DNA of 64,000 bases from IMG/VR virus record IMGVR_UViG_3300025117_000036, positions 32,001-96,000 of that record. One strand, written 5' to 3'. Every line of letters starts with the position of its first letter. Position 1 is the stretch's first letter. The notes below the pieces were generated by a model. It was given only the letters and a program-made list of their open reading frames with translations. It searched no databases and had not been told where the DNA came from. Shown here piece by piece: positions 28,240-38,380 of the stretch. Origin of the DNA: a virus. The position numbers were made by a program, and so were the translations under genes.

Positions 28240-30303
28240 ATGAAACGTATTTATCGTAATCTAGACTTCGATGATGTTTTAATCAAACCTATTCCTTCTC
28301 AGGTAAATTCTAGAGAAGAAGTAGATATTTCTGTAAAATTATCTGATAATTTTACTTTACAATTTCCTCTAATTGCATCACCTATGCGAGGTATCGTAGA
28401 TGCTAATTTTGCATCTGCATTATCTGACTTGGGAGGCATTGCAATTCTTCATCGTTTTTATAATTCAAAAGATGAATTATATTCTGAATCTAATACTTTA
28501 CTTCAAACAAATAAAAATTTCGGTATGTCAATTGGATTAAACGATAATGATTATATAAGCATCTTAGATCGCTATCAACCCAAAATTTTAGTAGTAGACG
28601 TTGCAAATGGCTATACTGAATCATTATTGTGCTTCTGTGAAGAAATAAAAAAATATATTATCTCTAATAATCTAAACACCCTACTTTGTTCAGGTAATGT
28701 GTGTACTGTGCAAGGAGTAGAGAATTTAAGAAATTCAGGGGTGGACATTGTTAGATTTGGGATTGGGTGTTTTACTAAAGGAACCAGAATTCTCTTATCT
28801 AACGGAACTTATAAAAACATAGAAGATATGATCATTGGAGATAGAATTATCAATAAAAATGGAAATCCTGCAACCGTTAAGAATGTAATATATAATGGAA
28901 AAAAGAACGTTAGAAAAATAAAAACAAATCATTTTTATAAAGAAACATTTGTTACCCCCAATCACAAATATTTATTGGCAAATATAAATCAAGAAAAACT
29001 CGCAAGTAACGGTTATTTATCGGCAATTAAAGATATTGCCTGGAAAGAAATTTGCAATGCAGATAATACTACCGCATTATTTCCTGCCAAAATTAATTTT
29101 GAATTAAAAGATACGTTTTTAATTAATCTTTATAAAAGAAGCGGCGGAAATTGGAGAACCGGATATAATTACGCATTAGATATAAATCTAACGCCCTCCT
29201 ATGAATTGGGTTATATTTTTGGATCGTTCTTAGGAGATGGAAATAGCAATACCCCCTATTATAAAAAATCCCATAGGGGCTTTATTAAATGGTATTTTGG
29301 ATATTCTAAAGATAGAGCAATAAAAAAACTTCCTCTTTGTGTTGAAAAAATATTTAATAAAAAATTAAAAGTTAATAATACTAAAAATACAATAATTTAT
29401 ACATTTAATTATAAACCTTTTGCCGATTTTTTAAAAGAATTTGGCAGTAAAGAAAATAAACAATTACCATCATCTTTACTTGTAAATAATCCTGAATATT
29501 TAAAAGGTATTTATGACGGATTAATTGATTCAGATGGAAATATAGAAAAAAAATCAGATGTAATAACATTTAGCAATACTTCAATATATCTTGGAGAATT
29601 ATTTTCTATCTTGTCATTTTTAATCAATGGGTCGTTACCCGTTGCATATGAAAGAAAAATAACAACGGGATTATCAAATATGAATTTAGAAAATTGTAAA
29701 GATTCCTTTGCATATAAAATATTAAAACAGCCAAATAGGAGAATTTATAATAATAAATATATATTAGTAAAAATTTTAAAAAATGAAACAGAAAACAATG
29801 ATATATTTGAAGATGTATATGACTTAGAAATAGACGACGATACTCATAGCTTTATTGCAAATAATTGTATTGTTCATAATTCTGGAGGTCTATGTACCAC
29901 TCGTCTTGTTACTGGAATTGGAAATCCAAGTATTTCGGCTTTACAAGAAACATCTCAAATAAATGATGTAATTATCTGTATGGATGGAGGAATAAATTCG
30001 AGCGGCAACTTTGTAAAAGCAATTGTGGCTGGTGCAGATTTATGCATGGCAGGATCGATTTTTGGAAAAACTTTCGAAAGCCCTAATGATGGTAGTATAT
30101 TCGGAATGGCGAGTCGTAAATTAAATGAAATGATGTATACTCGAATTAAATCAATTGAAGGAATTGAAAAAACCGTCAAGAAAGAATATTCTCTTGAACA
30201 ATTTGTAGAAGAATTTTCATGGGGAATTAAAAGTGCCGCAACCTATTTGAATGCAAGAAATCTATATGAAATTTGGTTAAATGGAACATTCATTTTAAAA
30301 TAA
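28240..30303 (+). CDS. GMP reductase / IMP dehydrogenase family protein, intein-interrupted
   Basis: LDFDDVL.P, ASPM, GG..ILHR, VDVANG, GNV.T, GIG|SGGLCTTR..TGIG.P, DGGI...G...KA..AGA. Confidence 0.9.
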   Translation: MKRIYRNLDFDDVLIKPIPSQVNSREEVDISVKLSDNFTLQFPLIASPMRGIVDANFASALSDLGGIAILHRFYNSKDELYSESNTLLQTNKNFGMSIGLNDNDYISILDRYQPKILVVDVANGYTESLLCFCEEIKKYIISNNLNTLLCSGNVCTVQGVENLRNSGVDIVRFGIGCFTKGTRILLSNGTYKNIEDMIIGDRIINKNGNPATVKNVIYNGKKNVRKIKTNHFYKETFVTPNHKYLLANINQEKLASNGYLSAIKDIAWKEICNADNTTALFPAKINFELKDTFLINLYKRSGGNWRTGYNYALDINLTPSYELGYIFGSFLGDGNSNTPYYKKSHRGFIKWYFGYSKDRAIKKLPLCVEKIFNKKLKVNNTKNTIIYTFNYKPFADFLKEFGSKENKQLPSSLLVNNPEYLKGIYDGLIDSDGNIEKKSDVITFSNTSIYLGELFSILSFLINGSLPVAYERKITTGLSNMNLENCKDSFAYKILKQPNRRIYNNKYILVKILKNETENNDIFEDVYDLEIDDDTHSFIANNCIVHNSGGLCTTRLVTGIGNPSISALQETSQINDVIICMDGGINSSGNFVKAIVAGADLCMAGSIFGKTFESPNDGSIFGMASRKLNEMMYTRIKSIEGIEKTVKKEYSLEQFVEEFSWGIKSAATYLNARNLYEIWLNGTFILK
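28768..29880 (+). mobile_element. intein with LAGLIDADG endonuclease (371 aa)
   Basis: Begins CFTKGT; block B VTPNH; motifs FGSFLGDG and GLIDSDG; ends VYDLEI...HSFIAN.CIVHN followed by Ser. Confidence 0.92.
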
Positions 30304-30316
30304 AACGGAGTATATA

Positions 30317-30547
30317 ATGAATAATAAAAAGTTTTCTGTTAAAGCATATACATTAGAAAAACAACTTAATAGTCCTCTTCAAGGAAAATACGGTAATATT
30401 GATATTTATAAAACTAAGATCACTCTATTAGCCAGAGATTTAACCTGGGGTCAAGCTAAAAAGATTAGAAATGAAAACAGGGCGTTAAAAGCTGGCATTT
30501 TCCCCAATTGTCCAGAACCAGAATTAAAAATTATTAAATTAAACTAA
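30317..30547 (+). CDS. hypothetical protein
   Basis: 76 aa, GGAG RBS. Confidence 0.55.
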   Translation: MNNKKFSVKAYTLEKQLNSPLQGKYGNIDIYKTKITLLARDLTWGQAKKIRNENRALKAGIFPNCPEPELKIIKLN

Positions 30548-30558
30548 ATTAAAATAAA

Positions 30559-31191
30559 ATGACTCCTAATCTTAATCAATCTATTGCTGAATTAGTAAGG
30601 TTGTTCAATATTTTCAATGATGAATTGTTTGACGGTGAATTAGAAGAACCTATTATCACTATTCAAAGTTCATGTAAGAAATTTGTAAACGGGTGGTTTA
30701 CTCCCACCCAAACATGGACAAATGAAAGTAAATCAATTGCTAAAAATGAAATTGCCATTATTGCCGAACGGTTGTGCCGACCTCATAAAGAAATAGCAGA
30801 AACCATGTTACACGAAATGATTCACTATTATGGATACATTAAAGGTATTAAAAATACCAATGGAGAAATCCATAATAAAAAATTCAGGGATATGGCATTG
30901 GAACATGGTTTAAATGTTACGAAAGATAAAAAACTAGGTTGGGCTTTCACCTCTTTTAATGAAGATGGAGAAAAAGTCTATAATGGAATCGATCCAGACT
31001 TAGAAGCTTTTTTGATGTATCGTATTCCAATTGAAAAACCAGAACGAGAAAAAACTATAAGTTATAAATATACTTGCCCCGAATGTGGCAAAAAATTCAC
31101 AATCAAACATGATGTAGAAGTTATCTGTAAAGATTGTAACACTGAATTTGACATGGAAGAAAAGAATCCAGAGGAAGAATCGGAAAGTTAA
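30559..31191 (+). CDS. SprT-like metalloprotease with zinc ribbon
   Basis: TMLHEMIH, HNKKF, CPECG...CKDC. Confidence 0.8.
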   Translation: MTPNLNQSIAELVRLFNIFNDELFDGELEEPIITIQSSCKKFVNGWFTPTQTWTNESKSIAKNEIAIIAERLCRPHKEIAETMLHEMIHYYGYIKGIKNTNGEIHNKKFRDMALEHGLNVTKDKKLGWAFTSFNEDGEKVYNGIDPDLEAFLMYRIPIEKPEREKTISYKYTCPECGKKFTIKHDVEVICKDCNTEFDMEEKNPEEESES

Positions 31192-31192
31192 A

Positions 31193-31738
31193 ATGGAACT
31201 AATTGCACTAGTTGATCTAGATGATGTATGTTGCGACACTGTTCCAGCATGGCTAAAACTTTATAATCGTAAATATAAACAGAAACTACGAAAGGATGAT
31301 ATTTTAGATTGGAACATTGCAAAATACACTGTTCCTGAATGTGGAGATAAAATCTACGATTTATTGAAAAGTAAATCTTTATATAAGCAAATACAGCCTC
31401 TACCAGATGCATTAGAAGGTGTAAACTTATTGAGAAATACGGGTTTTACAATTGTATATGCTACTGGTGGAAAACCAGAATATTCAGTATATAAACAAGA
31501 ATGGTTAATAAATAATGGATTCTTTCAAAAAGAGGATCATTATATACAAACCGCAAGTAAACATCTAATTCGAAGTCATTTAATTATAGATGATAACTAT
31601 GATAATATTTGTAAAAATCAAGCATTTGCTTTGCTATTTGATGCGCCGTGGAATCAGCAATATTATTTTAAAAATAGAATGATGGGATGGAATCAAATTA
31701 TAAAAGTTATAAAAGATTATAAGGATAGTATTGTATGA
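31193..31738 (+). CDS. 5'(3')-deoxyribonucleotidase (HAD, NT5C-like)
   Basis: DLDDV, K.EWL, IIDD, F.APWN; start placed at ATG 31193. Confidence 0.8.
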   Translation: MELIALVDLDDVCCDTVPAWLKLYNRKYKQKLRKDDILDWNIAKYTVPECGDKIYDLLKSKSLYKQIQPLPDALEGVNLLRNTGFTIVYATGGKPEYSVYKQEWLINNGFFQKEDHYIQTASKHLIRSHLIIDDNYDNICKNQAFALLFDAPWNQQYYFKNRMMGWNQIIKVIKDYKDSIV

Positions 31739-32268
31739 AAAAGATTGTGGTTATTGGAGGTAGTGCGAATCACGGAAAAGACACTTTTGGAAAATACTTA
31801 AAAGAACAGTTAGAACAAAGCGACAACAAAGTTTTAATCATGCATTTTGCAGATTATTTAAAATATATTTGCAAGCAATATTTTCAATGGAACGGTGAAA
31901 AAGATATTGAAGGAAGAACGTTATTACAATTTGTTGGAACTGATAAAATTCGTTCTGTTTATCCTAATTTTTGGGTAGAAAATATTGAAAATTTTATAAA
32001 TATATTTAAAAATGATTTTGATTATTTTCTTTTGTGTGATTTTAGGTTTGAAAATGAGTATTGGTATTTCAAAGATTTAAATTATCCAATAATTTCAATA
32101 AGAGTGAACCGCATAGGTTATAAAAGCAATTTAACGCCAGAACAACAATCCCATCCTAGTGAAACGGGTTTAAATGATTTTGAATTTGATTTTGTAACTT
32201 ACATCGAAGAAGGATTAGAAAACGTTGAAGGCGCAGTAGAAAGATTTATAAAAATTTATCAGTTATAA
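31735..32268 (+). CDS. deoxynucleoside monophosphate kinase
   Basis: G.ANHGKDT, FAD.LK, R.LLQ.VGTD, D.RF.NE, HPSE. Confidence 0.8.
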   Translation: MKKIVVIGGSANHGKDTFGKYLKEQLEQSDNKVLIMHFADYLKYICKQYFQWNGEKDIEGRTLLQFVGTDKIRSVYPNFWVENIENFINIFKNDFDYFLLCDFRFENEYWYFKDLNYPIISIRVNRIGYKSNLTPEQQSHPSETGLNDFEFDFVTYIEEGLENVEGAVERFIKIYQL

Positions 32269-32294
32269 TTCATATCAATAAGGAGGTATAAAAG

Positions 32295-32543
32295 TTGAAA
32301 CTATATAAATTCTACAAAAAGGGGTGTCCACCATGTTATTCTTTATCTCGGATTTTAAAAACTATCAATATTCCTGAAAACATTGACGTTATTAATGTAG
32401 ATACCGCAATTGAAAGCAATAAAGAGTTAATTAATATTTTTGACATAGATCAAATTCCGGCACTAGTTTTTGAAAATGGAGAACAATTAATTGGAATGCA
32501 TAGTAAATTAGAAATAGAACAATTTTTAAGAAAGGTGGAATAA
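32295..32543 (+). CDS. thioredoxin/glutaredoxin-like protein
   Basis: CPPC active site, cis-Pro IPAL; directly upstream of the RNR gene. Confidence 0.8.
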   Translation: MKLYKFYKKGCPPCYSLSRILKTINIPENIDVINVDTAIESNKELINIFDIDQIPALVFENGEQLIGMHSKLEIEQFLRKVE

Positions 32544-32548
32544 TTAGT

Positions 32549-34174
32549 TTGGAAAATTCATTTTCAAAATCAATCATGAATCTTCGTTATTCATGGGACA
32601 AAGAAAACGGAGAAAAAGAGACTTGGGAAGATATTGCCTACAGGGTTGTTCCAAATGTTTTCAACATTGTAGACTTTAAAGGTAAACAAGATATTGTCAA
32701 TGAAATCATTCAATTATTTATTAATAGAAAATTTATCCCCGGAGGTAGATTTTTAGCACAAGCAGGTAGAAGCTACCACCAAACAAACAATTGTTTTTTA
32801 CTTCGCGCGGAGGATAGTCGTGAAGGATGGGGAGATTTACTGAATAAAGCAACCTTATTCTTAATGAGTGGTGGAGGAATTGGAGTAGATTACTCTAACC
32901 TACGCCCAAATGGATTTCCTTTAAAAAGAAGCGGAGGTTTTTCCTCCGGCCCTTTACCACTAATGAAAACCATCAATGAAGTAGGACGTGGGGTAATGGC
33001 AGGAGGAAGTAGGAGAAGTGCAATTTGGGCAGGATTAAAATGGAATCATGATGACATCGAGTCTTTTATTGCTTGCAAAAATTGGATTCCAGAGGTCAGA
33101 AAATTAAAAGAAAAAGATTTTGATTTCCCTGCAACAATGGATATGACAAATGTATCGGTAATTTTAGATAAAAATTTTTTTGATGCTTACCATAATGAAA
33201 ATAATTCACAACATTCTTTAGCGCAAAATATATATTGGCAAACAATCAAAAAAATGATCAAAACAGGAGAGCCGGGTTTTAGTGTGGATTTCGACAATCC
33301 GAATGAGTCTCTTAGAAACGCGTGTACAGAAATTGTTTCTGAAGACGATTCTGATGTATGTTGTCTTGGTTCAATCAACTTAGCAAATATTTCATCTATG
33401 GAAGAATTAAAATATGTTACAGAGTTAGCACAATTATTTTTAATTGTCGGAGTAAAATATTCAGATGTACCCCATCCTAAGGTTAAAATAGTTAGAGAGA
33501 AAAACCACAGAACAGGATTAGGATTAATGGGAATTCACGAATGGCTGATTCGTCATAATCACGCCTATGGTCGCAATGAAGAATTAGCTGGCTGGTTACA
33601 AGTTTGGAAAGACACATCGGATAATTCAGCTTTAAATTGGTCAAACCAATTAGGATTTAACACACCAATTAAAAAACGTGCTTTAGCACCAAATGGCTCT
33701 ATTTCTATTGCGGGTGGAATGACAACATCTGGATTAGAACCCATTTTTTCAACAGCATATCAAAGGCGTTATCTAACGCCTGACGGATGGAAAAAGCAAT
33801 ATGTAGTTGACTTTGTTGCTGAAAAATTATATTCGGAAGGATATAATATCGACAACATTGAAGATGCATATTCATTAAGTTTCGATGTTGAAAGACGAAT
33901 TGATTTTCAAGCATTCCTTCAAGAATATGTAGACAATTCTATTGCTTCAACAATAAATTTGCCCACTTTTGGAACAGCAGGAAATGAAAGCGTTGAGGAT
34001 TTTGGAAACATTTTAATTAAACACTTACCAAAGCTTCGAGGAATCACGGTATATCCAAATGGAGCAAGAGGGGGTCAACCCCTCACCCCCGTAGAATTTG
34101 AATTTGCCATCAATCGAAAAAACGTAGTTTTTGAAGGTAATGAAGAATGTGAAAATGGAATATGCGGAGTATAA
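32549..34174 (+). CDS. nrdJ: class II (AdoCbl-dependent) ribonucleotide reductase
   Basis: PGGR, NNC, GGG.G, RRSA, GEPG, NACTE, C.LGS.NL, R.GLG..G, AP.G, C-terminal CxxxxC; no beta subunit gene nearby. Confidence 0.85.
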   Translation: MENSFSKSIMNLRYSWDKENGEKETWEDIAYRVVPNVFNIVDFKGKQDIVNEIIQLFINRKFIPGGRFLAQAGRSYHQTNNCFLLRAEDSREGWGDLLNKATLFLMSGGGIGVDYSNLRPNGFPLKRSGGFSSGPLPLMKTINEVGRGVMAGGSRRSAIWAGLKWNHDDIESFIACKNWIPEVRKLKEKDFDFPATMDMTNVSVILDKNFFDAYHNENNSQHSLAQNIYWQTIKKMIKTGEPGFSVDFDNPNESLRNACTEIVSEDDSDVCCLGSINLANISSMEELKYVTELAQLFLIVGVKYSDVPHPKVKIVREKNHRTGLGLMGIHEWLIRHNHAYGRNEELAGWLQVWKDTSDNSALNWSNQLGFNTPIKKRALAPNGSISIAGGMTTSGLEPIFSTAYQRRYLTPDGWKKQYVVDFVAEKLYSEGYNIDNIEDAYSLSFDVERRIDFQAFLQEYVDNSIASTINLPTFGTAGNESVEDFGNILIKHLPKLRGITVYPNGARGGQPLTPVEFEFAINRKNVVFEGNEECENGICGV

Positions 34175-34223
34175 TAAATAATCAAATAAAATAAAATATT
34201 TATTATAAGTTATAAAAATAAAT

Positions 34224-34763
34224 ATGAATAAAAATATTCTAAGTTATGAAGAAATAATGTATTTTTTAAAACAAGAAATAAAAACCAGCCCATATGCCCA
34301 CATGACATTTGAAGAAAAATTTTGGTTACAAGTTAATATTAAATCAAAAAATGAATGTTGGGAATTCACTAAACATTTATATAGCAATGGATATGGAATG
34401 TTTAATATAAGTTATCGATCAGTATTAGCCCATCGATTATCTTATATGATACATTATGGTAAAATTCCAGACAATAAAATTATTATGCATTCTTGCGATA
34501 ATAGAAAATGTGTTAATCCTTTTCATTTATCAGCAGGAACTCAAAGTGAAAATGTACAAGATATGCTGTCTAAGGGTAGAGATAATTTTTCTAAAGGAAC
34601 AAATCACTTTCGATGTAAGCTAGATGATAATCAAATTAAAGAAATTATCGATGCTAGGAAAAAAGGAATACCAGGAAAAGAATTATCTGAAAAATATAAC
34701 GTATCTTGCCCTCAAATATATAGAGTCGCTAATGGAAAAAGGAGAAACAATGCTAATAAATGA
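34224..34763 (+). CDS. free-standing HNH endonuclease
   Basis: ECW...NGYG...AHRLSY...MHSCDN.KCVNP.HL..GT..EN..D. Confidence 0.9.
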   Translation: MNKNILSYEEIMYFLKQEIKTSPYAHMTFEEKFWLQVNIKSKNECWEFTKHLYSNGYGMFNISYRSVLAHRLSYMIHYGKIPDNKIIMHSCDNRKCVNPFHLSAGTQSENVQDMLSKGRDNFSKGTNHFRCKLDDNQIKEIIDARKKGIPGKELSEKYNVSCPQIYRVANGKRRNNANK

Positions 34764-35103
34764 ATATGTAAAAAATTCTCAGCGCACTTTGGCAAAATTA
34801 GAAAATAAACAACTAGACAATTTACATGTTACTCTAGGAATGCTAACCGAAGTTGGAGAACTTGCAGATCAATTCAAGAAAAATATGGCATACAATAAAG
34901 AAATTGATTGGGTCAACGTTCAGGAAGAAATCGGAGATTTAATGTTTTATGTTGCGGGTCTTTGCACTATCAACAACTTTGACCTAGAAAAAATTCTCTT
35001 TAAAAACATTGAAAAACTAAAAGCCCGTTATCCAGAAAAATTTACTGAGAAAAACGCCATTAATCGAGATTTAGATAAAGAGCGAGAAGTTTTAGAAAAA
35101 TAG
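34750..35103 (+). CDS. MazG-like nucleotide pyrophosphohydrolase
   Basis: LG..TEVGE.AD..KK, EEIGDL.FY, N.EKL.ARYP; start at ATG 34750. Confidence 0.8.
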   Translation: MLINEYVKNSQRTLAKLENKQLDNLHVTLGMLTEVGELADQFKKNMAYNKEIDWVNVQEEIGDLMFYVAGLCTINNFDLEKILFKNIEKLKARYPEKFTEKNAINRDLDKEREVLEK

Positions 35104-35125
35104 TAAATTTTTATCAAAAAAACGA

Positions 35126-35165
35126 AAAAAATAGGTTGCTAACACGTGTTAGCAACCTATTTTTT
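35126..35165. terminator. bidirectional terminator-like 40-bp perfect palindrome at the convergence of the two arms
   Basis: AAAAAATAGGTTGCTAACAC|GTGTTAGCAACCTATTTTTT. Confidence 0.75.
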
Positions 35166-35222
35166 GCAAAAATTATCGAAATTTTACCTATAAAATATTT
35201 CTTTTATTATAAACCCTTTTTA

Positions 35223-36116
35223 TTATAATTTCCTCGTATACCATAAACTAATCCAACCCAAATCGGTTCTTCCCCACCCATTCAACTCTTCCAAGATCAC
35301 AACACTATTTTTATAAAGATAGTATTTTCCAGTTTTGCCATAACTAACTCCTGGGCCTGTTCGAATAGTTAAAGCAAAGGCCGTTATCTCTACTTGATAA
35401 GGGATAAACGATGGTAACGGAATAATTTCTTGATCGCCAAATATTTTTTCAAATTCGGCAATTGGCATTAGGTTTACATCAATGGGACGATTTGCACATC
35501 CCGGTAAAATTAATCTATCGCCAGAAGTTTGCCATATAGATATTTTAGAATTTGGATTTGGGGCAACATAAGGTATCCAATATAATCTAGAAAGCATTTG
35601 TTTTAATACTTCATAAGTAATAAATATGCGTTGAGGAGGATACATTGAATATAAATAGCCAGCAATCCAATACATTACATCACTAGGCCAATAATCCAGT
35701 AAATTATATCGCCAAGGGCCAGTATAAACAATCACTATAAATCCAGAGTTTTTCAATAAAGAGCATAAACTTCTTACTAATTTACCATATCCCGCTCTTG
35801 TTACCCCAAACCGAACAATTTCAACATCTATAGCAATAATTTTACAGCCCAAAGGAATATTTTTAATTATAAAATCATATTGATTTTGAGCGGAAATTAA
35901 AGGTGAAACTACCCAATATGGAAATTTATTAAAATTGTTTGCTTCATACCATTGTTTCAAAAAATTATTATCTAATCTCAATTGTCCTGTTGTGGTATTC
36001 ATTCGAATAATTAAATAATCAATTCCCCCATTTTTAATTATTTCTTCATCGATATTTAATGAACCTTCCCATACATCAAAACCTATTTTATATTGACTCA
36101 AATCTATTTTCGGCAT
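35223..36116 (-). CDS. endolysin, GH25 muramidase-like with C-terminal SH3b domain
   Basis: GFDVW, IDVE, VYTG.W, W.AGY, WQ.S, D.N; L.IRTGPG..Y...GW....GWISL.YT. Confidence 0.8.
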   Translation of the reverse strand: MPKIDLSQYKIGFDVWEGSLNIDEEIIKNGGIDYLIIRMNTTTGQLRLDNNFLKQWYEANNFNKFPYWVVSPLISAQNQYDFIIKNIPLGCKIIAIDVEIVRFGVTRAGYGKLVRSLCSLLKNSGFIVIVYTGPWRYNLLDYWPSDVMYWIAGYLYSMYPPQRIFITYEVLKQMLSRLYWIPYVAPNPNSKISIWQTSGDRLILPGCANRPIDVNLMPIAEFEKIFGDQEIIPLPSFIPYQVEITAFALTIRTGPGVSYGKTGKYYLYKNSVVILEELNGWGRTDLGWISLWYTRKL

Positions 36117-36142
36117 TATTTTCTCCTAAAAAACTAATAATT

Positions 36143-36952
36143 TTATCCAAAACCATATAACGATAATACTGTTCCCGCCCCTAAATTTCTACGAGTACTG
36201 TCAGTACCCAAAGTAAAAATACGCAAACGAGTAATTGCACTTACCGATTTCCATACACCCCCTTGCAAACTTGCTAAAGATTGGCCTCCACCATAGCCAG
36301 CAGGAAGATAACTAGCAGTAAATCCAGACGCGTTTTTATAAAAACCGCTACTGCCACTATAATTAGGAATTATTGCAAATACAGTTGTTCCATATTTATA
36401 TGTTACTCCCGCGGTATAGTTATTAACATGACCAATTAATATACTGCCTATATTAGACGATGTACTCATAACTTCATAAGGAGAAGTAGTAGAATACCAA
36501 TATGTACTATCATAATTAGCACTATTTGCATCTCCATTAAAATCTATACCTAACAACGGATTTCCTGTTGAAGTTGCATAGCCAGAACAAGTTGTTCCCA
36601 TAATTAATAGATGTTTATGAGTTTGATCAATACTTGTAAAGTCTGCCTGTCCTGTTCCTGTAAATTCATCTAATTTTTCTAATCTTCCTAAAATAGTTGT
36701 AATATCAGTATTTAAAGTTACAATAGACGCGCTAATCGAAGTTGCCTGATTATTTAAATTAGTCATAGATGCGCTAACGCTACCGCTTAATGCTACAAAC
36801 GATGCGCTAACCTGTCCGGCCCAACGATCAATTGTATTCATATTACTAGTATCAGAACCAGACATATTTTGTGTCCAAGTTAAAAAGCTACCTGATTGAT
36901 CAGTAGTAGCATTATATAAAATTAAACCTAAATTTGTACTTAAAGATGTCAT
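36143..36952 (-). CDS. virion/tail fibre-like protein
   Basis: TNLGL..Y...SNM..ID N-terminus; Ser/Gly/Thr-rich; ends SLYG. Confidence 0.55.
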   Translation of the reverse strand: MTSLSTNLGLILYNATTDQSGSFLTWTQNMSGSDTSNMNTIDRWAGQVSASFVALSGSVSASMTNLNNQATSISASIVTLNTDITTILGRLEKLDEFTGTGQADFTSIDQTHKHLLIMGTTCSGYATSTGNPLLGIDFNGDANSANYDSTYWYSTTSPYEVMSTSSNIGSILIGHVNNYTAGVTYKYGTTVFAIIPNYSGSSGFYKNASGFTASYLPAGYGGGQSLASLQGGVWKSVSAITRLRIFTLGTDSTRRNLGAGTVLSLYGFG

Positions 36953-37750
36953 TTAATAAACTCCATATAAACTAATTACAGTGTTTTCTAATAATTCTCT
37001 CCTTGCAGTATTACCAATAGTAACATACAATCTAACCCTAGTAATTGCCGATGAACTTAAATATACACCACCATTTAATGACACTGACGCTATAGGAGAT
37101 AAAAGGAAAAAAATACTATTAAATCCCATTGCCGTTTTGTAAAGTTCAGAACTTCCAGAGTAATTTGGTATAATTGCAAATATTGATGTTGAATAACCTG
37201 TACTACCAGAAAAATAATTATTAATACTACCTATAGGAATACCCCCAACAATATATTCACTTGCCATATATTCAGTAGTAGATGCACCAGAACCAGTTTG
37301 AATATATCGAACTCCTTTATAACTGTCACTTCCCGATACAGAATTGAAATCACATGCTAACATAGTACTTGCACTTGTCACACTACCCGCAGCAGTACCC
37401 ATTATTAATAAATGTGTATAATCTTGAGAAATACTATCAAAATCTACCTGACCGGAACCTGTATGTTCTGCAAGTTTTACAATTCGATTACTAGATGATA
37501 CAACATTAGTACTACCCGATATTGTTTGCGCGGCATATAAAGTAAGCAATGTATCCATTTCTGAAAAATATGATGTTGACGAATTATCCATTTCGCTTAT
37601 ATCTGAAATTGCGGAACCAGCAAAACTATCAATTATCATCATATTACTATTAACTATTCCATCTAGGTTTGCTCGATACATTTCAAAACTCTGTTCTTTA
37701 TCTACTTTATGATGATATAAATTTAAATTTAAATTTGTTGAATTGCTCAT
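36953..37750 (-). CDS. virion/tail fibre-like protein, paralog of 36143..36952
   Basis: Shares TG.GQ.DF.SI.Q...HLLIMGT, FAIIPNYSGSS..YK.A.GF and SAITR.R with its neighbour. Confidence 0.55.
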   Translation of the reverse strand: MSNSTNLNLNLYHHKVDKEQSFEMYRANLDGIVNSNMMIIDSFAGSAISDISEMDNSSTSYFSEMDTLLTLYAAQTISGSTNVVSSSNRIVKLAEHTGSGQVDFDSISQDYTHLLIMGTAAGSVTSASTMLACDFNSVSGSDSYKGVRYIQTGSGASTTEYMASEYIVGGIPIGSINNYFSGSTGYSTSIFAIIPNYSGSSELYKTAMGFNSIFFLLSPIASVSLNGGVYLSSSAITRVRLYVTIGNTARRELLENTVISLYGVY

Positions 37751-37758
37751 TTTATTAT

Positions 37759-38007
37759 TTACCCTGTACTAGTGGTTATCGTTAAAGTTAATTCATTAAC
37801 ATTAATGTAATCAGGTAGTGTGATTCCGTCTAAAGCGTCCGTTGCAGGAATTGTACTTGCAGACGTACTATTTAATCCAGATAAAATTGACCCTGAAATA
37901 TCAGAAACCGATAAAGGATCATAAAATTCCAATAGACCCGTTCGAATTACATTACTTCCTGTAACAACATATAATGTTTTTTCTGTAATAGGATAATTAT
38001 TTGGCAT
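37759..38007 (-). CDS. small virion-associated hypothetical protein
   Basis: 82 aa within the tail operon. Confidence 0.55.
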   Translation of the reverse strand: MPNNYPITEKTLYVVTGSNVIRTGLLEFYDPLSVSDISGSILSGLNSTSASTIPATDALDGITLPDYINVNELTLTITTSTG

Positions 38008-38354
38008 TATTCAATCTCCCTAATTAATGTAATAATTCCTTGCGCCGGAATAACCGTACTTCCATCAGAAAAAACAATTTTTGGTTGATAACTATATTTT
38101 CCCGCCAATCCATCTGTGTCTTCAGCGATAAATAAAATAGTAAAAATATTTGTTGCAGTTATACTTCCTGTTTTTGTTAATAACGCTGTACTCGAACCAT
38201 ATTCTGCCAATCTCAAGGTACAAGTTGCCCCAGTTAAATCAATTGCTGTTCCATTTTGATCAACAACAGTAAATTTAAGTTGATAAGTTGTTCCCGCAAC
38301 AAATGAAACATCTCCAAGAGAGTTAATTGTGCTGTACGATGTACTTAAAGCCAT
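38007..38354 (-). CDS. BppU-like baseplate protein
   Basis: G.T..L.F.V.DQNG.AIDLTGAT...DT..L.G.Y..Q pattern. Confidence 0.6.
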   Translation of the reverse strand: MALSTSYSTINSLGDVSFVAGTTYQLKFTVVDQNGTAIDLTGATCTLRLAEYGSSTALLTKTGSITATNIFTILFIAEDTDGLAGKYSYQPKIVFSDGSTVIPAQGIITLIREIE

Positions 38355-38380
38355 ATTTATAACTCCTTTCTTTTATAAAA

